From Sedimentisphaerales bacterium (GTDB taxonomy: Bacteria > Planctomycetota > Phycisphaerae > Sedimentisphaerales > SM23-30): DNA of 64,000 nucleotides. How positions within the stretch are numbered: position 1 is the stretch's first letter; every line of letters begins with the position of its first letter. Under the pieces are notes generated by a model that made no database searches, had not been told where the DNA came from, and saw only the letters and a list, made by a program, of their open reading frames with translations. Where the stretch lies: the NCBI GenBank assembly GCA_963666285.1, contig OY762711.1. One strand, written 5' to 3'. The position numbers and the translations under genes were made by a program. Below are positions 38,506-48,426 of this stretch, one piece after another.

Positions 38506-41436
38506 ATGAGGAATGTTTTTACAAGGTGTTTTCTGGGAGTAGTTACTTTAATGTTAGTAACATCAGGGGTAATAGCAGATGGAAATCTTCATGATACCAC
38601 AACTGGACAAATTGGAGTTATGTCTGTATCTTCTGGACCTGAATCAATCGATAATGCAGAGGATTATAAGTTTTTAGTTTATGATTGTGGCTCAATAGAT
38701 AATGGTAGTCAAACTACTGATATAGTCTTGGCGTTGGAAGAGTTGGGACTGTATTCAGATGATTATACTTTAAGAAGAGGTAGTTCAAATCCTGTTACTA
38801 TTCAAGATTTACAAGAACATGATATTCTTATTGTAGGTTGGAATCTTATAGGGGATATAAGTGGTCTTGACCCATCTGTTATTGATGTAGGCATTCATGG
38901 TAGGGTTATTTTGACTGGACATGATGCAGACTATCACACTGCTACTCATGCTGGAAGCCACGATGAGGGAGATTTCCAACCTGCTGATATTTTTCTTTCA
39001 CAAGCAATAGAATATGTTTTAGAGGGTGAAGGAACAGGATTAATTGCATTAGGAGACCCTGACGATGGTTTTTCTTGGCTTCCTTCATATTGGGGAATAG
39101 ATACTACAACAATTAATACTGGTGAAGAGGTTACAGAAATAACTACTGAAGGAATAGCAAGTGGAGTTTATGATAGACTTGACCCTAACTATCTCTCTGA
39201 TTGGTCATATTCTTATCATAATAGTTTTGATAATTGGGGAGTTGGTTTTGTTCCTTTTGAACTTGGAGAATATGCAAATGTGGAGAGAGTTATTACTATT
39301 GCGGCAAATATAAATCCTTATGCCTTTGAGTTTGATAAAGAAGATGATGTGGCTGATGAGGATTGTGTTTCTCCTGAAGAAACATTAACATATACAATTA
39401 CATGGAATAATTTGTCTGACACAATTTATACAGATGTTTCTATAGTTGATTATCTTCCATTTGAAGTGTATTATCCTGAGGGTTTCTATCAAGAGTCAGG
39501 AGACATTTGGAATCCAATTCCCCCAGACCCTAATTACTTTGAGGAAAGCCATTCCTATGTATGGAATATAGGGACAATTGGAGCATGGGAAACAGGAAGT
39601 GTTACTTTGGAAGTAGTAGTTTCTGAAGCGGCAATGCCTGGAATGTCTTTTATGAATATTGCATATATCTATTCTGGTCAAGCTACATTAGGTGTAGCAA
39701 ATGAATATACAAATGTATGTTGTTGGCAAACTACCAATCCTGATATTATTTATGTAGATAAAAATGCAAATGGATACAATTCTGGAATTAGTTGGGTTCA
39801 TGCTTATACTGATTTGAAAGATGCTGTTAACAGAGCTACTGTTACTGAATGTTCTGCAACGGGATATAAGATTTATGTTGCACAAGGAGAATATAGTCCT
39901 GGGGGAGATGTTTCTGATAGTTTTGATTTGCCAATTTATACAGAAATGTATGGAGGATTCATAACAGGTGGTAGTGACTTTGAAGACAGAAACCCAAACA
40001 AATATATTACTATTTTACAAGGAAAAATTAGTGATACATTACAAAATGAATCCATAGTTAATGTTGAAAATGAATGTATAATTGATGGATTTATAATTCA
40101 GAATGCTAGTGATTATGGCATTTATGGGAGTGATTCTGATTTTGAAATTAAAAATTGTCAAGTTCTTAATTCTGGATATGGTGTTTATTCTATTGGTGGA
40201 GATGTTAATGTAGAATGGTCATGGTTTAAATATAATACCCATCATGGGATTTATCACTATGGAGCAACGAAAACACTTTCAATCTTAAATTGTTTTTCTT
40301 CATTTAATAAAGAACATGGTATTTTAGCTGAAAATTCATCACTTACTCTCAAAAACAGCGTAGTCACTAAAAACGGTATCGAAAATGACGCATACTGTGG
40401 TGTTAAGGTGATAGACCCTAATGATGTTCCCGTCTTATATAATAATACAATCTCATACAATTATAACGAAGGCATTTCTTATGTAAAATCAGACCCTAAC
40501 GCTTTTGCTGATGTTCAAAATTGTATTATATATTACAATAATGTTGGTGGGGAGCAAATGTCTGGGATTGAGTATCCTGAATACTGTTGTATCTATGACC
40601 CTGTAAATGACCCAAATGGACTTGATTACATTGATTATGGGGATGGTAATGTCTCTGGTAAGCCAATGTTTGTCTATTTTGGGGACCCCAATAATATCCA
40701 TCTCGCATATAATTCAGAATTGATAGACAGTGGAAATCCATCTTTTACAAATGCAGAAACAGGCACTGAAGATATAGACAATGAAACAAGGATTATTAAT
40801 AGTTGGATTGATATTGGAGCAGATGAAGTCTATTCTTGTGATGACGATTTAAGTGAAGATGATATATATAATGAAAGAGATTGGAATGGAGATGGAATTG
40901 TAAACTTGCATGAGTTTGCAATGATGTCTGCTGCTTGGTTAGCCAACAGCCCAAATAACCCTGCTTACGTGGCTGACCCTAATTCATTTCCATCTAGCTA
41001 CTGTGATAACTGGGATGAGACATGTAATTTATATGTTGATTACAAAATAGACATATCAGACCTTACATTATTTACCCCTGAGTGGCTTTGGACTGCCTGT
41101 TGGAAAGATAGTTATGGTAGTAGATTTGAGAATGTTACAGTTCCTTTAGGTGGTGAGTCTTTGATGGTCTCTATGTCTTTGTCAGTAGAAACAATATCTT
41201 CAACAGAATTAGAAAGCATAAATGAAACAACAGAGGAAGAAAATCTTGCTATGTTGGTAATTGCTATCTATCAACTAATGGACATTATGGATGAGGCTAA
41301 ATATAACCCAAGTCCTGATTTTGCCATAGAGAACATTGATGAGGAAAAAGCCAAATTAGAAGAAATTCTATGGGAAATGTATGATGATTATTATTCAATA
41401 GATGGCAAAAAAACTAAGAAAGATAAATTTAAATAA
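38506..41436 (+). CDS. Large acidic secreted protein (DUF11-like domain, right-handed beta-helix, dockerin-like motif)
   Basis: Signal peptide; LTYTITW.N..D.LP, IIYVDKNANG.NSG.SW..AYTDL, IDIGADE and DWNGDGIVNLHEF motifs. AT-rich. Confidence 0.8.
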   Translation: MRNVFTRCFLGVVTLMLVTSGVIADGNLHDTTTGQIGVMSVSSGPESIDNAEDYKFLVYDCGSIDNGSQTTDIVLALEELGLYSDDYTLRRGSSNPVTIQDLQEHDILIVGWNLIGDISGLDPSVIDVGIHGRVILTGHDADYHTATHAGSHDEGDFQPADIFLSQAIEYVLEGEGTGLIALGDPDDGFSWLPSYWGIDTTTINTGEEVTEITTEGIASGVYDRLDPNYLSDWSYSYHNSFDNWGVGFVPFELGEYANVERVITIAANINPYAFEFDKEDDVADEDCVSPEETLTYTITWNNLSDTIYTDVSIVDYLPFEVYYPEGFYQESGDIWNPIPPDPNYFEESHSYVWNIGTIGAWETGSVTLEVVVSEAAMPGMSFMNIAYIYSGQATLGVANEYTNVCCWQTTNPDIIYVDKNANGYNSGISWVHAYTDLKDAVNRATVTECSATGYKIYVAQGEYSPGGDVSDSFDLPIYTEMYGGFITGGSDFEDRNPNKYITILQGKISDTLQNESIVNVENECIIDGFIIQNASDYGIYGSDSDFEIKNCQVLNSGYGVYSIGGDVNVEWSWFKYNTHHGIYHYGATKTLSILNCFSSFNKEHGILAENSSLTLKNSVVTKNGIENDAYCGVKVIDPNDVPVLYNNTISYNYNEGISYVKSDPNAFADVQNCIIYYNNVGGEQMSGIEYPEYCCIYDPVNDPNGLDYIDYGDGNVSGKPMFVYFGDPNNIHLAYNSELIDSGNPSFTNAETGTEDIDNETRIINSWIDIGADEVYSCDDDLSEDDIYNERDWNGDGIVNLHEFAMMSAAWLANSPNNPAYVADPNSFPSSYCDNWDETCNLYVDYKIDISDLTLFTPEWLWTACWKDSYGSRFENVTVPLGGESLMVSMSLSVETISSTELESINETTEEENLAMLVIAIYQLMDIMDEAKYNPSPDFAIENIDEEKAKLEEILWEMYDDYYSIDGKKTKKDKFK

Positions 41437-41449
41437 GGAGAATTAAGTT

Positions 41450-42097
41450 ATGAAAAAGTTATTAGTTTGTATTATTGGATTGTTGTGTAGTATTTCATAT
41501 GCTTCATCGTTTGATTATACTATAACAAGTGGTTTTACTAGTGGATTCTTTAAAATAACTAATGAGTCTCTTCTTGTAGAAGGTGGTGGCATAGAAAATA
41601 TCCAAGCGTATGAAAATAGCTATGTAAAAGTCACTGGAACTGATGCTTATGTTTATCAAAATAGTGGGATAAGAACTATCACACTTAAAGATGATAGTAG
41701 TTTAGATTTATATGATGGTGAAATAGGGAAGGGTATTGATGCGTATGATTCGAGTTCAATCAATATATATGGTGGAAGTATTGAAAGCTTAACTGCAATG
41801 GGTGCCTCTACGATTAATATATATGGTGGGAATATTAGTGTTATTGATACAGCACAATATGTTCTATTTGATGATAGTTTTGAAATTACTATTGTTTGCT
41901 ATGATTGGGCTTGGGATGATGATAACAATATTCTTTCAGGTTATTGGGAAGATGGATCTATATTAAGTATAGAATTACCTGATTCTATTTGGGAAGATGG
42001 TTCAGCATATAGTTTGTATGAGCATGTTACTATAGTCCCTGAACCTTGTTCTTTAGTTCTACTAGGATTAGGTGGATTATTGATTAGAAGGAAGTAA
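41450..42097 (+). CDS. PEP-CTERM sorting domain protein
   Basis: AAGGAG RBS, signal peptide, C-terminal VPEPCSLVLLGLGGLLIRRK. Confidence 0.92.
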   Translation: MKKLLVCIIGLLCSISYASSFDYTITSGFTSGFFKITNESLLVEGGGIENIQAYENSYVKVTGTDAYVYQNSGIRTITLKDDSSLDLYDGEIGKGIDAYDSSSINIYGGSIESLTAMGASTINIYGGNISVIDTAQYVLFDDSFEITIVCYDWAWDDDNNILSGYWEDGSILSIELPDSIWEDGSAYSLYEHVTIVPEPCSLVLLGLGGLLIRRK

Positions 42098-42107
42098 CTC
42101 AACTTCT

Positions 42108-42359
42108 ACCGAACAAGTAACCGAACAAGTAGAAAAACTGATTAACACTTTGTATGGCAAGGAGTTAAGTACTAAAGAAGCAATGAAGGAGGTAGGGATT
42201 TCGCACAGACCTACTTTCAGAGATAACTACCTGTTGCCAGCAATAGAGCTGGGTATAGTGGAAATGACAAATCCGTCATCACCTACCGCCAAAAACCAAA
42301 AATACCGACTTACTTCTAAAGGCACAGCCATTGTATCTTCAAGAAATAAAGGCAGCTGA
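42108..42359 (+). pseudogene. C-terminal winged-helix remnant of a Fic-family-like protein
   Basis: TEQVTEQV repeat, then HRPTFRDNYLLPAI..G.VEMT.P..PT..NQKYRLT. No N-terminal domain or good start. Confidence 0.65.
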
Positions 42360-42479
42360 CTTTACGCATTTGTAAAATAATAATGCCCATTCTACTCCTT
42401 CGGCAAATGCCCTGAGTAAACTAAGTGCATCAAAGGGAAAGTAATATGAATTATATAAGTAATGAAGTAGTATGTTACT

Positions 42480-43121
42480 ATGCTGAAAAAAATAATAAAT
42501 AAAGTAAGAAGTCTGTTCAAAAAAACGAAGGAAGTAGATCCTTCATCTTTTAATGATCCTGTAGCCAAAATTACAGATTGGTCACCTGCTAAAGGAGGAG
42601 GTTCAAATTTTAGAACTCATAGGATTGTTACGGTTAGCCCAGACAGAGTTGAGTTTAAAATATCTGTTGGAGGCTTTCTATTCTGTTTCGCATTTATAGC
42701 AATTGGTGTTGGGGCACCTGTGGGGATACTGCTATCAGCCGAAACAAGTAATGCCAGGATCTTCGGCATTTCATTTGGTGCTATTTTTGCTACTGTTGGG
42801 TTAGTTATGCTATACTGCTTTGCTTCACCCAGAGTTTTTGACAAGAGCAAGGGCTATTACTGGAAAGGTAGAAAATCCCCTGACAATTATGATCTCAGCT
42901 CAATAAAGGAATACACCGAACTAAGCAGAATTCATGCATTACAGATAATTTCAGAACATTGCAGTGGTAATGACAGTTCCTATTACAGCTACGAGCTAAA
43001 CCTGGTACTAAAAGATGGAGCCAGAATTAATGTTATTGATCATGGCAGCAGGAAAAAACTATGTCAGGATGCAGAAGTACTTGCAGATTTTTTAAATGTT
43101 CCGATCTGGGATGCTACCTAA
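42480..43121 (+). CDS. Hypothetical membrane protein (2 TM)
   Basis: 213-aa ORF with two hydrophobic helices and a YELNLVL.DG.R.N motif. Confidence 0.75.
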   Translation: MLKKIINKVRSLFKKTKEVDPSSFNDPVAKITDWSPAKGGGSNFRTHRIVTVSPDRVEFKISVGGFLFCFAFIAIGVGAPVGILLSAETSNARIFGISFGAIFATVGLVMLYCFASPRVFDKSKGYYWKGRKSPDNYDLSSIKEYTELSRIHALQIISEHCSGNDSSYYSYELNLVLKDGARINVIDHGSRKKLCQDAEVLADFLNVPIWDAT

Positions 43122-43355
43122 ACTTGCGTATATATCGAACCCGGGAATAATTAAGCTATTTCTTTGATTTTTCAAATTTGCAGAATTATAGAATGAGAAA
43201 TTATGTGTATTGGGGTACACAATAAAATAATTTTGACCCTATAATATATTTATGCTAGAATCATTTGCGTAATCGCGAGAAAATCATATTTTATAAGTAC
43301 TTATGAGAAAAGAGATAGTGAAATGTGTATTGTTGCGATTTTGCATATGCATTAA

Positions 43356-43558
43356 GTGCGGTATCGCACTTTTGACTGTTCAACATTACACGCAAAGGCC
43401 GGAACAGGGCCAATTAAGTGAAAAATGAAAAATTAAGGTGTCCCGATGTACGTTGACATCAGGAATAATTCGCTATCGTCTCACATTTTGTTTAAATTCA
43501 AAGTGTTGCAGGAAGGCCCTTTTAGGCGATTTATGCAACTTGAAAACTGCGAAAGTAA
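43356..43558. repeat. MITE-like repeat family B, copy 3
   Basis: GTGCGGTATCGCACTTTTGAC...AAAACTGCGAAAGTAA, with nested palindrome at 43442-43463. Confidence 0.75.
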
Positions 43559-43613
43559 ACTTTAATGGATATATATAATATTGCAGGTGGTATGATAAAA
43601 TCGGTTGGTAGTT

Positions 43614-44519
43614 ATGAATGAACAGGTACTAATACAGCATGCACTGAAATTGCTTGCCGAATGTGAGTATGAGAAGGTTGTAGTAACAGCCGAGTTATTA
43701 GCTGATAAGCTTTCGGTTACGCAGGTTCAGGCTGAGCATTTGCTGGGCGATTTGAGGTCGGCCGGCTTGGTGGAGTCGGCAAATATTGTTTTGACAACAA
43801 GCGGTCGAGAGTATGCCATGCATGTCTTGCAGGCTCACCGTCTGTATGAGACGTACCTGGCGAGGAAGACTGGTGTTCCGGAAGCTTCCTGGCATACACT
43901 GGCGGATGCGAGGGAGCATGAGCTATCGGAAAGTGATGTCCGTGAGCTGGCCCGTGAACTGGGGAACCCGCGATTTGACCCGCATGGCGACCCGATCCCT
44001 ACCAGAAGCGGTAAGATGCCGGAGAAGCAGGGTAAGTCCCTGGTAGAATATTCGGCCGGTTGGGTGGGTCGCGTCGTGCATGTGGAAGATGAGCCGCCGA
44101 GACTATATGCCCATATTTCCAAGGCGGGTATTGCCCCTGATACGGTACTGCGGATTGACAAGATAGATTCCAAAGAGCTGGCAATAAGTACCGAAGGACG
44201 AAAGTTTGTCTTTCCTTATGAAGTTGCCGAGCAGATATCAGCGGTTGAACTGACAGAGGGTGAGCAGTATGATGAATCAGTTGCACGCTTATCGAGCCTG
44301 GAGCCGGGCGAGTCGGCGGATATAATAAGTTTATCGCCTTTATGCCGGGGGCTGGAGAGAAACCGGCTGCTGGATCTGGGTTTTGTACCTGGTACCAGGG
44401 TAAAGGTTGAGTTGACGAGCGCTTCGGGCAGCCCGATCGGGTATCGTATTCGTGGAGCATGTATAGCGTTGCGACTGGATCAGATAGAGCGTATACGTAT
44501 AAGAAAGGTCGGGGTATAA
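43614..44519 (+). CDS. DtxR/MntR-family metal-dependent regulator fused to FeoA domains
   Basis: HRLYETYL, ADAREH and NPRFDPHGDPIP motifs. C-terminal RLLDLGFVPGT...GSPI.Y.IRG..IALR is FeoA-like. Confidence 0.9.
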   Translation: MNEQVLIQHALKLLAECEYEKVVVTAELLADKLSVTQVQAEHLLGDLRSAGLVESANIVLTTSGREYAMHVLQAHRLYETYLARKTGVPEASWHTLADAREHELSESDVRELARELGNPRFDPHGDPIPTRSGKMPEKQGKSLVEYSAGWVGRVVHVEDEPPRLYAHISKAGIAPDTVLRIDKIDSKELAISTEGRKFVFPYEVAEQISAVELTEGEQYDESVARLSSLEPGESADIISLSPLCRGLERNRLLDLGFVPGTRVKVELTSASGSPIGYRIRGACIALRLDQIERIRIRKVGV

Positions 44520-44520
44520 A

Positions 44521-45345
44521 ATGAGTAAAAAAGGTCAACATTGCGGAAACTGTCAGATTCCGGCGATTTCCAAGCTTGAGAAGCTTGGCATGAAGCTGGG
44601 CAGATCTGATTATGTGGTGGCTTTGGCAGGAAATCCGAATACGGGTAAGAGTACGGTTTTTAATTCCCTGACCGGTTTGAGACAGCATACCGGCAATTGG
44701 CCGGGTAAGACAATAGCTAGGGCAGAGGGGGCATTTTCGCTGAATGGTAAGCAGTATAAGCTTGTCGATCTGCCGGGCACATACTCGCTGCAATCGGCGA
44801 CAGATGATGAAGAGGTTGCACGCAACTTTATTTTGTTTGGTCGTCCGGATGTGACTGTGATAGTAGTTGACGCGACACGGCTGGAGCGTAACCTTAATCT
44901 TGCGTTGCAGGTATTGCAGATAACCGATAAAGCGATCCTGTGTGTTAATCTGATAGATGAGGCAAAGGCTCATGGTATTGAAGTTGACGGCAGGGGTCTG
45001 GCTCGAGATCTTGGAATACCGGTTGTAATGGCAGCGGCTCGCCAGGGAGTTGGAATTGACCAGCTGCTAAATGAAATTGAAGATATGGCTCATGGCCGCA
45101 GTGAATGTCGACCGCATCAGTTGCCGATAGATATTCCAACGGTAAATGAAAGTGTTACCGAGCTGGTAGATGCTTTAGGAGAGGCATTTCCTAATATGCC
45201 GCACCGGGAATGGGTAGCCTTGAGGCTGCTGGAAGGCGATCCGCGAGTTGTCCAGGCGGTAGCCAGTGGCGAAATTGGATCGCTGGGTGCGGACCACGCC
45301 TCTTCCGGAGGTTCCGACGCAACAAATACGAGAGGTCAGGAATGA
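44521..45345 (+). CDS. feoB: Ferrous iron transporter FeoB, N-terminal GTPase part
   Basis: GNPNTGKS, TGNWPGKT, DLPGTYSL, VVDATRLERNL and NLIDEA motifs. Confidence 0.92.
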   Translation: MSKKGQHCGNCQIPAISKLEKLGMKLGRSDYVVALAGNPNTGKSTVFNSLTGLRQHTGNWPGKTIARAEGAFSLNGKQYKLVDLPGTYSLQSATDDEEVARNFILFGRPDVTVIVVDATRLERNLNLALQVLQITDKAILCVNLIDEAKAHGIEVDGRGLARDLGIPVVMAAARQGVGIDQLLNEIEDMAHGRSECRPHQLPIDIPTVNESVTELVDALGEAFPNMPHREWVALRLLEGDPRVVQAVASGEIGSLGADHASSGGSDATNTRGQE

Positions 45346-46760
45346 TGAATCCAGAACAAATAGTCGAGCGAGCAAGTGAGTTGCGCTGGAAGCTACCGCA
45401 GAATTTTCACGATCACTGGGTGGAGAATATTTATGCAGAGTCTGCCCGTATAGCGTCACGAAATGTTAGTCAGAGTAATAAAACACATCGTCTCTCATGG
45501 GAGCGTCGTTTGGACTGGCTGCTGACTAACCGCTGGACGGGAGTGCCAATAATGGTGTTTATGCTTGCACTGGTACTTTGGCTGACAATTGAAGGAGCCA
45601 ATGTGCCATCCGGCTGGCTGGCGACATTATTGCTGGATATGGGTCATCCATTCCTGAACGGTCTAGCCGAGTCAGTGAATATGCCATGGTGGCTATCCGG
45701 TGTGCTGATAGATGGATTGTATCTTACTACAGCATGGGTTGTAAGTGTTATGCTGCCGCCGATGGCGATATTTTTTTCAATGTTCACTTTGCTGGAAGAT
45801 TTTGGCTATTTACCGAGGGTTGCCTTCAATATGGATAATCTGTTTCGTCGGGCCGGAGCTCATGGCAAGCAGGCTTTGACGATGTCGATGGGGTGGGGTT
45901 GTAATGCGGCAGGAGTTGTGGCGACACGAGTGATAGATAGTCCCCGTGAGCGGCTGATCGCAATAATAACAAATAATTTTGCCTTATGTAACGGCAGATG
46001 GCCGACGCAGATATTGCTGGCCACTATATTTCTGGGTGTACTGGCACCGCCTGCCATGGCAAGTTTTGTCTCTGCCGGTGCAGTTCTGGGAGTAGCTTTG
46101 CTAGGAGTCTTTTTGACCTTTGTATCATCATGGATGCTGTCGCGTACGGTGTTAAAGGGAGAGGCGTCTACATTTACACTGGAGCTGCCGCCGTTCAGGC
46201 CGCCGAATATATTACGGACATTGTATACATCGATAATTGACAGGACCTTGATTGTATTGTGGCGTGCAATTGTATTTGCGGCTCCAGCCGGAGTAGTGTT
46301 GTGGACGATCTGTAATTTGAGTTTGGGTGAAACGACACTAGCAGAAGGGCTGGTACATTTTCTGGACGGACCAGGCTGGCTGTTGGGATTGAATGGTGTT
46401 ATACTGGTAGCCTATATAGTAGCGATTCCGGCCAATGAAATAGTGATTCCAACGGTACTTATGCTTACAGTAATGACAACCGGAGTTACCGGGGTAGGTG
46501 AACAAGGTGCCGGAGTGATGTTCGAGACCAATGAAAATTCGGCTCTGGCAACTTTATTGCATGCCGGTGGATGGACCACGTTGACCGCGATATGCCTGAT
46601 GCTTTTCAGTCTGTGTCATAATCCATGTTCGACAACAATATTTACTATCTGGAAAGAGACTAAGAGTGTTAAGTGGACGATCCTGGCGACGTTTATGCCG
46701 ATAGTTTTTGGAGTAATAATATGCGGCACAGTGGCACTTGTCTGGCGGTTAGTGACCTGA
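45342..46760 (+). CDS. feoB: Ferrous iron transporter FeoB, membrane (gate) part
   Basis: LLEDFGYLPRVAF, MGWGCNA, RERL, ELPPFRPP and HNPCSTT motifs. Its ATG overlaps the upstream stop (ATGA). Confidence 0.9.
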   Translation: MMNPEQIVERASELRWKLPQNFHDHWVENIYAESARIASRNVSQSNKTHRLSWERRLDWLLTNRWTGVPIMVFMLALVLWLTIEGANVPSGWLATLLLDMGHPFLNGLAESVNMPWWLSGVLIDGLYLTTAWVVSVMLPPMAIFFSMFTLLEDFGYLPRVAFNMDNLFRRAGAHGKQALTMSMGWGCNAAGVVATRVIDSPRERLIAIITNNFALCNGRWPTQILLATIFLGVLAPPAMASFVSAGAVLGVALLGVFLTFVSSWMLSRTVLKGEASTFTLELPPFRPPNILRTLYTSIIDRTLIVLWRAIVFAAPAGVVLWTICNLSLGETTLAEGLVHFLDGPGWLLGLNGVILVAYIVAIPANEIVIPTVLMLTVMTTGVTGVGEQGAGVMFETNENSALATLLHAGGWTTLTAICLMLFSLCHNPCSTTIFTIWKETKSVKWTILATFMPIVFGVIICGTVALVWRLVT

Positions 46761-47052
46761 TATTTTGAGCAACTTGGGCTGCCGGGCAGAATGAGAAGAG
46801 TGGTGTGTAAAAAAAACAGAAACTGCAATAAAATATATGTAATATTCGTTAAGCTTTAGGCAACTCTGAAAAATCATTTTGAGCGACTAGTTTTTCTTTT
46901 GCCAGCAACCAAAATCTTAAAATATCGCATCAAAAGCAATTTCCAGAGGTCATCTTAATATTTTGTATGTTAAGCAAGATCAGGTATGTTGTAACCTGTT
47001 TTTGTTAATGGGTATATGAAACATGTCAGTTTTTTTTGAAAAGGAGCGCATC

Positions 47053-48078
47053 GTGAAACACTTAACCATTTTTAAACAATCTGTATGTTCTATTATTCTG
47101 TTGGTATTATTTCTTTCTGTGCCTGTTATGGCCCAGACAAACCGGCCATTCGGACGTGGGATTTACGGTGACTGGCAGATAAAAATGCAGTTTGGCGAAC
47201 GGGAATTTGAGTCGATATTATCATTTTCGCGCAATGATGACCGTCAATTGACCGGCCAGTGGATCACAAACTGGGGGATGAGTGATCTGAAAGAAGTTCA
47301 GTTTGAAGACGGGAAATTAAGTTTCACTCACGAAAGGCAGACACGTGAGGGAGACACGATGACATCGAAATTCTCCGGAACAGTTGAGGAAGGCAAGCTG
47401 ACCGGAACACTTACCAGCGACCGAGGTGAAACGAAAATTGAAGGCCAGCGTAGTGGGCGTATGCCTCGAGTAGTTGGAAACTGGGAAATGAAATATAAGA
47501 TAGGTGACAGAGATATAACCAGTACACTGGTGATTAAAGCAGACAAAGATGGTAATCTGGCAGGTGAATGGAAGAGTGAATGGGGCGAGCATGAAATTTC
47601 CGAACTGAAGTATGAGCGTGGCAGCCTGAGCTTTAAGAGAAAGTCAACTATGGGTGATCGTCAGTTTGAATCCAGCTTTGAAGGAAATATTCAGCGTGAA
47701 GGATTGACAGGTGTATTTAAGTCTGATCGGGGAGAAATAACGGTTGAGGGTCAAAAGGCCGGCCAGGACCTAATCGGCACCTGGAACCTTGATATAGATA
47801 CTGAATATGGTCAGATGAAGCAAAGATTGGTTGTTAATCCTGATATGAGCGGTCTTTACGGGGCAATTCCAGTTGAGAAAATCGAACTGAAAGATAACCA
47901 GGTAAGTTTCAAGATTGAGATGCAGTTTGGTGATCAGAAAATGGAAATGAGTTTTTCCGGAACAATAAAAGACCAGACTATTACAGGAGAAACAGAATCC
48001 GACTTTGGTACCAATAAGATTAGTGGCAAGAAGGTTGTTCGTTCGTTTCGCAGGCCTACGGCAGCATCAGAACGATAA
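47053..48078 (+). CDS. Secreted hypothetical protein with three internal repeats
   Basis: AAGGAG RBS plus GTG start, signal peptide, three ~100-aa G.W...F.G....LTG repeats. Confidence 0.8.
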   Translation: MKHLTIFKQSVCSIILLVLFLSVPVMAQTNRPFGRGIYGDWQIKMQFGEREFESILSFSRNDDRQLTGQWITNWGMSDLKEVQFEDGKLSFTHERQTREGDTMTSKFSGTVEEGKLTGTLTSDRGETKIEGQRSGRMPRVVGNWEMKYKIGDRDITSTLVIKADKDGNLAGEWKSEWGEHEISELKYERGSLSFKRKSTMGDRQFESSFEGNIQREGLTGVFKSDRGEITVEGQKAGQDLIGTWNLDIDTEYGQMKQRLVVNPDMSGLYGAIPVEKIELKDNQVSFKIEMQFGDQKMEMSFSGTIKDQTITGETESDFGTNKISGKKVVRSFRRPTAASER

Positions 48079-48158
48079 GATCTAAATCCAATAATTGCTA
48101 TTTAGAATTTAAAGGAAATGATTTATATTTTCCTTTTTATCTGCAAGCTATTAATATT

Positions 48159-48193
48159 AAAGCATGGGTTTCTTTGGAGTCCATGCTTTTTTT
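48159..48193 (+). terminator. Intrinsic terminator
   Basis: AAAGCATGGGTTTC TTTG GAGTCCATGCTTTTTTT. Confidence 0.75.
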
Positions 48194-48213
48194 GTATTGA
48201 GCAAAATATTGAG

Positions 48214-48424
48214 ACGCGGTATCATACTTTTTACTGTTCAATATTACATGCAAAGGTTGGAACAGGGCCGATTAAGTGAAAAATGAATAATGAAAAGTGA
48301 AAAATTAAGGTGTTTCTACTATCCTTCGACTAGCTCAAGACAGGTCGTCTCACGCTTTTAAACTCAAGATTCGCCAGAAAGGACTTTAAGGCGATTATTG
48401 TAACTAAAAAACTGCGAAAGTTAA
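48214..48424. repeat. MITE-like repeat family B, copy 4 (diverged)
   Basis: Same ends and GCAAAGG..GGAACAGGGC core, with a different nested module (CCTTCGACTAGCTCAAGACAGG). Confidence 0.7.
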
Positions 48425-48426
48425 CT

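Noticed and set aside
45210..45341. N-terminal extension of the FeoB membrane ORF
   Set aside because: It overlaps the GTPase gene out of frame. The ATG at 45342 with RBS and stop overlap is a better start.
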